A program made the position numbers and the translations under genes. This document shows positions 42,464-51,639 of a stretch of 64,000 nucleotides of DNA, piece after piece. A model generated the notes under the pieces. The model had not been told where the DNA came from. It did not search any database and worked only from the letters and a program-made list of their open reading frames with translations. The first letter of the stretch is position 1. Each line of letters begins with the position of its first letter. Source of the stretch: Podarcis melisellensis (taxonomy: Eukaryota); the NCBI GenBank assembly GCA_964234715.1, contig OZ174290.1, one strand, 5' to 3'.

Positions 42464-42684
42464 CAAAACAAAACAAATTTCCTTCCAGTAGCACCTTAAA
42501 GACCAACTAAGTTAGTTCTTGGTATGAGCTTTCGTGTGCATGCACACTTCTTCAGATACGAAGAAGTGTGCATGCACACGAAAGCTCATACCAAGAACTA
42601 ACTTAGTTGGTCTTTAAGGTGCTACTGGAAGGAAATTTGTTTTGTTTTGACTATGGCAGACCAACACGGCTACCTATCTGTAAC
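42464..42684. mobile_element. Penelope-like element terminal fragment in inverted arrangement
   Basis: Arms 42462-42553 and 42560-42651 are exact reverse complements. TSD caattccctttgt / cagttccctttgt (42451-42463, 42685-42697). Near-identical to 60939-61070. Confidence 0.8.
42522..42559 (-). ncRNA. Minimal type-I hammerhead ribozyme motif (Penelope-associated)
   Basis: Minus strand GUAU-CUGAAGA-A-GUGUGCAUGCACAC-GAAA-GCU-C-AUAC: intact CUGAnGA/GAAA/UH core, stem I GUAU/AUAC, palindromic stem II, palindromic AGCU stem III. Confidence 0.75.
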
Positions 42685-43426
42685 CAGTTCCCTTTGTGTT
42701 GGACATCCCCTTATTCTCTCCTCTTCTTGTCCAGGTGCACCTGGAAGTGCCCAAGAACAGAGTCTAGGTGGCGCTCTTGATGCTTCCTTCTAGCATTGCT
42801 TAGGCCAAGTGCTGCAATGGTTGGATGGCCAGAGGGCCCCTGCTCCTTTAAGAGTGGCACAAACGAAACCCTTGTCACATCCATCATTTTCCCCACCTCG
42901 CCATGTTCAGAAAGGCTGCACCAGTGGAAATTCTCCCCTCTGGGTAACTCTTAAAGTCTGAGGGGACTTGCCCCGTGTGCAGTATTCCTGCTGCGTGAGG
43001 CCTTGACTTCTGCTTGGGAGTCCTGTGTCAGAATGAGCTGCCTGTTTCTCCAGGAAGCTCGTTAGCTTCATTGGCCCAGTGCCAGCATCAAGATAGCACC
43101 TTCTCCCACAGTCCCCTTTTCCGGCAAAAAGGGAGCCCTCCTCCTTACACCTGCTGCAACCTTCTGAGCCTGCTCTTAACCTCCACCAATGCTTTGCTTG
43201 GGTTTTCTGTAGGCTGGCATTTCTGCTTTCTCCAGAGTTTCCCTGGGCCCCAAAAGGGCGGTCTTTCTCCCATTCCCATTAAAGAAACTCTTTTGAGAAA
43301 GCTGGGTGGTGGGTGCCTCCACTGCCTCGCTGTCCCCTCTCTCCACCCCCTTCGCTCCCTCTTTGGAGCATTCCAGGCACAGCCCTCACCCCTCCCTCTC
43401 ACCAAATGTGCTCCTGCTTGTTGCAG

Positions 43427-43564
43427 ATACTTGGCCAATAGGTCAAAAAGGCACACACTGGCAATGACCAACCCCACTGCGGAAATCCCGCCCGACTTGC
43501 AGAGGCAGCTAGGACAGCAGCCCTTCCGCTCCCGGGCATCACACCTGGCACCCGACCAGCACCG
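43427..43564 (+). CDS. SIK3: SIK3 exon 15 (YLANRSKRHTLAMTNP...DQH; likely cassette exon)
   Basis: ttgcag| ... |gtgagt; 138 nt, symmetrical phase 2-2. Confidence 0.9.
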
Positions 43565-44311
43565 GTGAGTAGGTGGCACCGGCCGCTTGGGCAGTTCTGC
43601 ACCAGGGAACCTGTCCTGGGCAGAATGGCACCCCCTAGCAGAAAAAAAGAAAAAGGCTTTTTTTGATCAGGCACTTGAAGGGGCTTTCCAGACCCTCTAC
43701 ATGCAGGAGAGGATTAGACAGGAGGCAGCTGTCGCTCAGGCCTGGGCATGGCATAGCAAGGGTGGGGCGCTTTGTTACTCTGTTGGGGAGCAGGAAACCT
43801 CTGTAAGAAAGGATGTGTCACAGCTGTTTCTGTCTGACCAATTGGCTTGGCTGGAAGAACAACCCAAAACTCCACTTTACCCCATTTGTTGGAGGGGTGA
43901 ATCAGCAGTGGAAGTTAGTTGAGAGCGTGCCGGCAGCTCCTCCTCCTGCCCCCCCCCCCCCGGACAAAGCTCTCAACTTGGCTCTCTTTCACATCATATG
44001 AGCATTGACCACGTACATAGTTGCAGGATTGTTACCCTGGGGGACGGGTTCACACAGCATCGTTTGAGTGACCTGAGGCTGTTGGAATAGTCTGATAGAG
44101 GTATGGGCTGCTACCTCACCATAGCAGCCCTTAGAGGAGAATCTTTGAACCTTGTTTGTGTCAACAGCTCTGTCATGGGATTGGCACCACCAGAACTGTA
44201 TGTGTTTGCCTGCAATGTTTCCTCGCTAAAATTCCAGGGGAGGGGGGGGTGGCTCTGTGGCAGAGGAACAAGTGCGACCTTTGACTGTTGCGAAATGGGC
44301 TCTACATGATA

Positions 44312-44312
<1 letters not shown>

Positions 44313-44349
<37 letters not shown>
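44313..44349. repeat. (CA)18 microsatellite
   Basis: Direct read. Confidence 0.95.
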
Positions 44350-44351
<2 letters not shown>

Positions 44352-46019
44352 GGACTCCTGTTGCAAGTCTGTCCACATATAAGCCATAGCCCTTCATCCC
44401 CTCCCACCCTGCTGTCCTCCTGTCCCTTTAGTCCTAGGTGTGAGCTGCCGCCGCCGAGCCCCTTCCCTGACCCACCTTGCTGCAGCTTGCAAGCCTGTTT
44501 TGTAATTGTCGTCAGGATAGCTTCTGAGCCGAGCAGGGACATCGCCAGCTGGAACAGTTGAACTCTGAGCTGGCTGAGGCCATGCTGGCGCCACGCTGGA
44601 ACCTGAGGAAAGCAAAGATAAGCTGTGCTGGCCCTGGGTAACTCCTGGTTAAGCTCTGTTGCAGGACAGGAGCACAGTCCTGTGTGACTCTGACAGGGAC
44701 ATCATGGGGCTGAGTAAAGAGAATTCTTTGGTGGAGGCAGCTCTGGGCCCAGCATCTCCCTCCGCCCCGCCTCTCAATGTGTTTCCCAGGTGCCCAGTTC
44801 CTCCTGCTGGCTCAAGGAAGACCACTGCAGGTCTCTCTCCTGGCACACCTGCCCTTCTCCAGAACTTACACCAGGGAAGGTGGGAAAGAGATAAGAGCTC
44901 TTTCTGCAGCTCTCTTGGCTCCAGGTGACTTCAAGGCCTGAGTAGCTAATCACTATAGATTTTGGTGTTGGCACGTAAACAGGCTCTTCTTTAATCCACC
45001 AATGATTCAGTGTCAAAGCCCCTTTCCAGCCACCCACGACTGGCACAGCATTGCAAGGAAATGGTTGCTGTTTCCCTTGAAGTTCATTTAACTGGTTGGC
45101 GGTGGCGTCAGAAGTGGGTTTCCTAGGCAGGGCACATGGGTGAGAATGAAATGCAACCAGCTCTGGAGATGCTGAGAGTCACTTCACCCTGGAACATGGC
45201 CAGTGGAAAATCCTTTGTTTCAGCAAGGCTGCATCTTGTCTGATGCCTACCAGAGCCATGATTTATATAGGCTGGGCTGAGCAGCCGGAGGCCTGCTGCT
45301 CCTTGGGAACCACCTCCTCTGCTGGAACATAGTTGGAAACGGCACTGCAGAGCCCATCTCTGCTGTCCACCTTCCTGGGCTGCCACCCCAAGACAATTTG
45401 CTTGGATCCAATGTTGTGGTTGGGAGTGGAGAGGTGGGACTTGTTTGGCGCTGCTTAATTCCTAACGAGACCATGTGACCTGCACTGAGCTATTTGGAGG
45501 AAAGGCGGGATGTAAATAAGTCAGGGAGGGGGTTGTATACTCTGCACATGCTCACCCTACATTCTACAGTAAGCCATTTCTGTCAATCTCTTGCTTACAT
45601 ATAAAGAAGGGCAAGCCTAGCAGGGCTTTGCAGCAGGGAAGGCAGAGGCTGTGGACCTGCAAACCCATTTCCTCCTTCTAAATTTCTTTAGCGCGGGGCA
45701 TCTGTGAGCAATGCAGCTAGAACCTGGGCCAGATGTGCTTATTGGGGAAGAAAGGATTCTACTGAAGCCAGGCTCCCTCTGAGGTGGAGTCCTTTGCTGT
45801 CCTTTGACCTTTGGCTGGCACTACCCTCCCAGCCATCATATTTTCATGTAATATACTGTCAGCAAAAGGGCAAGAGTGATAAGAGGGGGAGAGAGACAAG
45901 TGGCAGGCAGCATGCCGGTTGAGAGGATCTTCGAGCCTGCAGTGTTTAGGGAACTCTGGGTCTTCTCGCTGCTTAGTCATCATAGGCTGCCTTTCTCAAG
46001 TCTGTTGATACTGTGAACC

Positions 46020-46570
46020 AGCTGGGTAACCAGAATGATCAAGGGAGAGGAGCAACACCCCTATGAGGAAAAGTTACAGCATCTGGGGCATTTTAGTTGA
46101 GAGAAAAGGGGAGCACACGATAGAGGTGAAGAAGGTGAGGCACAGTGTGGAGAAGGCGAACAGAGAGAGGTTTTCCCCTCTCTCTCGAAATACTAGGACT
46201 CTCTGATATTCATTAAAGCTGAATGTTGGAAGAGAAGACTCAGGAGAGATGAAAGAAAGAACTTCTTCACACAGCACATAGTTAAGTTATAGAATTGACT
46301 CCTGCAGGAAGCAGTGATGGCTACCAACTTGGATGGCTTTAAAATAGGATTAGACAAATTCATGGAGGAGGGGGATACTGTCAATGGCTACCAGCCACAA
46401 TGGTTATCTTCTGCATCCAGCTGGAAATCACAGCAGGGGAGAGGCTCCTGGGCTTGGGTCCTGCTTGTGGGTTCCCCACAGGCATGTAGGCACCGTGAGA
46501 ACAGGATGCTGGACTAGATGGGTCACAGGCCTGTTCTTCAAGCAGGCTTTTCTAATGTTCCTCTGTTCTT
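46020..46570 (+). mobile_element. CR1 LINE 3' fragment
   Basis: ccctatgaggaaaagtt...ttcttcacacagcacatagttaag...ggatggctttaaaataggattagacaaattcatgg...ggactagatggg...ttctaatgttc, a typical CR1 ORF2 end and 3'UTR. Boundaries approximate. Confidence 0.8.
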
Positions 46571-47007
46571 ATTTGGCTGGGACAGCTTTAGTAGTTAGCC
46601 GAGGCCTCCCCATCTGGGACACGATCCCCTGCTCTTGGCACTCTCTGGTGCTATGATTCAGCAGCTTGCCAATGACGCCCTTTTATTTGTGCAGGATAAT
46701 GCAGGTCCTCCAGTGGCTAATGTCAGGGAGCAAAAATCTGAGGCCCTGGGAGCTGGAAGATCTGCTGAGTGTCCCACATGGTTTGAGAACTGATGGGTGC
46801 TGGAGCAGAGCCACTCATTCCTGCTTCTAGGGTTGAAGGCGCCCCAGGACGCCACACTTCCAATCTCTTTTGCGCACAGAGCAAGTTGGCAAGTTCCTTT
46901 GCCCAAACTGTGAGGGGTGGGGGCAGAACATGGCCAGGCTGCTGGGAACATGGCTTTGCTTAAGCTGGTGCCTCTAATCCCACCTTTCTGTCTCCATGCA
47001 TGCACAG

Positions 47008-47158
47008 CTATGTCTATAAAGACTCCAACACTCTGCACCTCCCCACGGAGCGCTTTTCTCCGGTCCGCCGTTTCTCAGACGGGGCTGCCAGCATCCAGGC
47101 GTTCAAGGCCCAGCTGGAGAAGATGGGCAACCACAGCAGCATCAAGCAGCTGCAGCAG
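47008..47158 (+). CDS. SIK3: SIK3 exon 16 (YKDSNTLHLPTERFSPVRRFSDGAASIQ...QLQQ; PKA site)
   Basis: cacag| ... |gtactg; 151 nt. Confidence 0.96.
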
Positions 47159-47675
47159 GTACTGAGAGGGGAGAGCAAGGGTGGAAACCAAGCCAGGCAA
47201 GAAAGGGAGCAGCATGGGCCAGCAATCCAGGCTCCTGGCAGAACTGAGCTCTGCAGCTCCCAGGAAAAGCTTCCTTTCTTGTTCAACCTCCAGCCACTTT
47301 TCACCTAGCATCCCACCATTGTTCATTGCATCCTCCCTGTAACTTGCTCTTAGGCCAGGTTGAATAATAGCTTTGTCTCCTGCTCTGCGACAAATGTAAA
47401 GCAGGGGCTAGGAAGTCCTTGCAACACTAGAGCAGCTCCCAGTGTCTTGTAGAAAAAGATGTGATGGTGAATAAGATGCTCCCCAGGACCAGCCCTTGAG
47501 ATTGTTGTGGTGGGGAGGGAACACTCCAAGTCACTGAAGCAATGAGTGGGGCTCATCTGAAAACCAGAGGGAGCCACAGTGGCAAGGCTGCCTGTGAGCC
47601 TCCCCTTCCTGCCGCGCCCCCTCTGGCTTTCTTTAGCCAAGAAGCAGCAAAAGGTCACTTGGTGGGTTGTTTCAG

Positions 47676-47801
47676 GAGTGTGAGCAGCTCCAGAAGATGT
47701 ATGGGGGCCACATGGACGAGAGGACCCTGGAGAAGACACAGCAGCAGCACATCTTGTACCAGCAGGAACAGCATCAGCAGATCCTTCATCAGCAGATCCA
47801 G
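47676..47801 (+). CDS. SIK3: SIK3 exon 17 (ECEQLQKMYGG...HQQIQ)
   Basis: tttcag| ... |gtactg; 126 nt. Confidence 0.95.
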
Positions 47802-47906
47802 GTACTGGCACTTCCAAGGAGCATCAGGAGGGCATAAGTGACTGGGATGTCTCTACTCTGGACTGTGCCATGCTAGCCCAGCCCCCTTTAGGACATGGCT
47901 CCAGCC

Positions 47907-48040
47907 CAGTGTTTCCCAAACTTGGGTCCCCAGCTGTTGTTGGACTACAACTCCCATCATCCCTAGCTAGCAGGACCAATGGTCAGGGATGATGGGAACT
48001 GTAGTCCAAAACCCCCTGGAGACCCAAGTTTGGGAAACTG
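47907..48040. mobile_element. Palindromic hAT MITE
   Basis: cagtgtttcccaaacttgggt...ggactacaactcccatcatccct...agggatgatgggaactgtagtcc...acccaagtttgggaaactg; degenerate TSD ctccagcc / ctctaacc. Decayed relatives near 1935, 7645, 24290, 36415 and 60420. Confidence 0.8.
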
Positions 48041-48299
48041 CTCTAACCCAATGCAGAAGGTTCAGTTCCCAGCAGCATCTCCAGGTTGGGCTGGGAGCGA
48101 TTCCTGTTGAAAACAGGCGCTGCCAGTCAGTGCATAAAAGAGACTGAGCTAGGTGGACCAAAGGTCTAACTCAATAGGAGTCAACTTCCTGTGCCTCCCC
48201 CCACCCGACACCCATGAGCATGTCTGTGTCAAGTGAAAACTCTGTCTTGTCAGCTCAAGCGCTTCCACTGTGGTTCATTAAGGTGGGTGGGAGAGAGAC

Positions 48300-48305
<6 letters not shown>

Positions 48306-48353
<48 letters not shown>
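48306..48353. repeat. (AG)24 microsatellite
   Basis: Direct read. Confidence 0.95.
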
Positions 48354-48355
<2 letters not shown>

Positions 48356-48636
48356 GTCTAGTGCTGAAATGCTCCTCCCTGTTGGTCAGTATCAGGAACA
48401 CAGGAAGCTGCCTTACAGCAATTCAGAATATTGGTCCATCTAGCAGAGTATTATCTACACTGGCTGGTAGAGGGTTACCAGGGTTTCAGGCAAGGATCTT
48501 TACCAGCTTTAGCTGGAGATGCTGTGCTGCCAGAGATTGAACCAACTCTTCCCTCATTTGGAAAGAAAGATAGGGCAACCTGGAGAGTTGCAGTTCCTTC
48601 CCAGGTAGTCCTTCTGCCCTTTCAGCTCTCCACCTC

Positions 48637-48697
48637 CCCCCCTCCAGTCAGCAACAGCATGCTCCAGAGCCAGTAAGCGTCAGCAGCATCTCTCTCC
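48637..48697 (+). repeat. Dispersed duplicate of the SIK3 exon 19 3' end plus donor
   Basis: Matches 49696-49758 with 4 substitutions and a 2-nt deletion. Confidence 0.9.
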
Positions 48698-48910
48698 GTT
48701 CCTGAGCTTCAGCTGCCAGCCCTTTGGGCCAATGTCCGACAGGTTGCTTTCTCTGAGGCAGCCAGGAGGAGAGTTGCTTGAACGCCTTGGCATAGCTTGG
48801 CTCCATGGGGCTGCTTTGCCCCCATTTTGCAGAGTGCTCCCAGAGTGTTCTGCGGATGCCGCTGCTCACCAGTACTCTTCTTTGTTCCCTCTTTCCTGTG
48901 TGGTGCGCAG

Positions 48911-48996
48911 GATTGTGTCCGCCCTCCTCAGCCTTCTCCGCCACTGCAAGCTCCTGGAGAAAGCCAGCCTGCTTTGCTCACTCACCAGCTTCAGAG
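48911..48996 (+). CDS. SIK3: SIK3 exon 18 (DCVRPPQPSPP...LTHQLQ)
   Basis: gcgcag| ... |gtaagg; 86 nt. Confidence 0.94.
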
Positions 48997-49623
48997 GTAA
49001 GGAACAGCTCCTGCACTTGGTAGGTCTCAAGCCTTCTCCGTGCCTTGCAGGAAAGTGTTGGCACCTTCTTGCTCAAAGGGACCCAGTCTCAGCTTGATCA
49101 GCCTAGGCGCTTTGGCCTGTTGTAGCTGCATTTGTGAGAGGCAAAAAAGGAGAGGTGCTTAAGTTTAGATGGAAGACTCAGAAAAGCTTTTGTTTTTTAG
49201 ACAGACAGGCGTCTTCTCAGCTGGGAGGTTGTCTTATTGCATTCTTTTCAGGAAAAGGCTGTAGTCCCTGCAAGGACTGCCTCATAGAGAAGGCTGGGGA
49301 ATGGCAGGGCTGCTGGCACTGGCCAAGTGAGGAAGCCCCCTTCCCAGCTGCTTCCAATGTCAGTCCCTTACCCCACCCTTCTTCCACTTCATGCTATAGG
49401 TAAACTTTGGCCAAGGCAGTGGTGGTGTGTTTTGCGCAGGCCTGCTCTTGCCTTCTCACTTTCTGTCAACGTAATCCAGTGTATTGTGCAATACAGCCTG
49501 GGTGCTGATATGCCATAAAAACTTACAGATTGCCTGGCTTGCCCTTACGATGACGGCATTAGGCCTGTGCTGGCGATTTTCTGTGGTGACATAAACATAC
49601 CTGACGTGCTTGTGTGTGTGTAG

Positions 49624-49733
49624 GTTACGGATCCAGCCCTCCAGCCCACCTCCAAACCATCCCAGCAACCATCTCTTCAGGCAAACGGACAGCAGCCCCC
49701 CTCCAGTCAGCAGCAGCATGCTCCAGAGCCACA
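49624..49733 (+). CDS. SIK3: SIK3 exon 19 (LRIQPSSPPPNHP...MLQSH)
   Basis: gtgtag| ... |gtaagt; 110 nt. Confidence 0.94.
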
Positions 49734-50000
49734 GTAAGTGCCAACAGCATCTCTCTCCTGCCGAGCTGCATTTTGGTTTTGTCCCCATCCCCGCCGGGGG
49801 TTGCTTGCTCCAGCTAGCTGGGAGAGTCCCAGGTTAGGCGGTCTGCTACCTTCACCATTAGAACTCAGTTGAGGGATGAGTGAGCAATCACAGTTGTTTC
49901 CTGAAATGGTGGACAAAGAACCCCTCCCCGCTGCTTACACAGAGAGTAGCCATTGTGAATCCCAGCCAAGGCAGTTAATGGAAAGGCTTCCATTTCGCAG

Positions 50001-50325
50001 GTGCAGCCTCGCCGTCGCAGTTCCAAGGGATGCCCTCTCACAGCGCCATCTTCCAGCAGTCGGGCAGTTGCTCACCTCCCCCCAATGTGGCCCTCTCCTG
50101 CATGGGCATGCCGCAGCAAGTGCAGGGGCAACCGGTAGCCATCCAAGTGCAGGAGCCAGGAGATGGGATGGGCGGCAGCCTCTTGCAGGCTGGGCGGGGC
50201 ATGCCCACCCCTGCCAGTGCCAATCAGCTGCAGATGCACCATCGTGCCAGTCTGATGGCCTCCCTGACTTACGGGCACAGGCCCCTCTCCAAGCAGCTCA
50301 GCGCGGACAACGCAGAATCGCACAG
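50001..50325 (+). CDS. SIK3: SIK3 exon 20 (AASPSQFQG...RPLSKQLSADNAESH)
   Basis: tcgcag| ... |gtatgg; 325 nt. Confidence 0.94.
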
Positions 50326-50797
50326 GTATGGCTATGGCAACAATGGGGTAATTTTGGGGTGTTATGTGTGCCAATTCACAATTGGTCTGGCTAGCAGCTA
50401 CGCAGTGTGTGAGATTCCCAAGTGGTGTGCTTCCTGGACCAGAGTACTTCTCTCCCAGGCTAGGCCTGGTCCGTTTGTGGGGTGTGCAGGTGGTGACCCT
50501 GCAGAAAGGGTTTTGAGAAAGGGTTGGGTAGATGGGCAGAGGGGCAGCTGAGCAATGATTATTAGCCGAGCTCTCTCTGAATGGAACTTTTTCTCTTTCC
50601 TGAGGCTAGATGATGTGGGATGTGGAAGTGATGAGGTCATCTCTTCTTTCTGGGCCAACTGGCTGGCTGCTGCTGAAGACCAGCCCAAATCGTCCTTATG
50701 GGCCGCAAAGCACTTGAGGCACAGTTCCTTAGAGTGTCTCCTGTGCTCCTAAAGAGCTTCCTTCCTTCCTTCTCTCTCTGTCTCTCAATCCGCACAG

Positions 50798-51639
50798 GTA
50801 TCCGTCAACTGGCTACGACCAGGTGCACTTGCACCCCCACCTGTTTCCGGAGCAGGCCCGTGTCCCTCCAAGCAGCTACAGCCCTGCTACAGCAGTGGGC
50901 TTCCCTCCGCAGGTGGAGCAGTTCCCCAGCTTCTCCCAGAGCGCTCAGCAGCAGCAGCATTATGCCACGTCAGCCCTGCAGCAGGCGCTGCTGTCTCCCA
51001 CCCCGCCAGACTACAGCCGGCACCAGCAAGTCCCACACATCCTGCAGGGTCTGCTCTCGCCCCGGCACTCGCTCACGGGCCACACGGACCTGCGGTTGCC
51101 CCAGGCTGAGGTGGCACAGCTCATCAAGCGGCGGCAGCAGCAGCAGGAATTCCAGGAGCTGATCCGGCACATGAGCCAAGGGGAGAGCGGACATGTGGCC
51201 ACCAGCGTGGCCCAGAAACTGTCAGAGCGCCAGGCTCTGTCTTTGCCTTATCAGAACACTGACACGTACCACCACCCTCACCATCACCACCACCACCACC
51301 ACCACACCAGTCCCCAGCACCTCTTGAAAGTGAGGGCGCACGAATGTATCCAGCAGGCGCCAGCCTCGGTGCCGGCCCACGGGTACGCTCACCAGCCCAC
51401 CTTGGTCCACTCGGAGAGCATGGAGGAGGAAGTGGACTGCGTGTGTGAAGGGGAACGGGACAGCTTCCCAGGCAATAAGACCAAAGCTTGCCACGAGGCT
51501 CCACTGCTCTTAAGTGCCGGTGGTCCTGGGGACCCAGACGCTTTGTTTGGGACTGCCAAGCAGGAGCAGGAATTGGGGGCGCACCATTACAGGCACCAGC
51601 CAGCCGCCACCTTCAGTCGGAATAAGGTGCCCGGTAGAG
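50798..51639 (+). CDS. SIK3: SIK3 exon 21 (YPSTGYDQVHLHPHLF...poly-His...NKVPGR)
   Basis: Long pyrimidine tract then cacag|, in frame; donor |gtaagg; 842 nt. The exact 5' boundary is less certain. Confidence 0.88.

Noticed and set aside
50920-50945. Possible internal alternative acceptor in exon 21
   Set aside because: The in-frame site would be a weak GAG acceptor; this cannot be supported from sequence alone.
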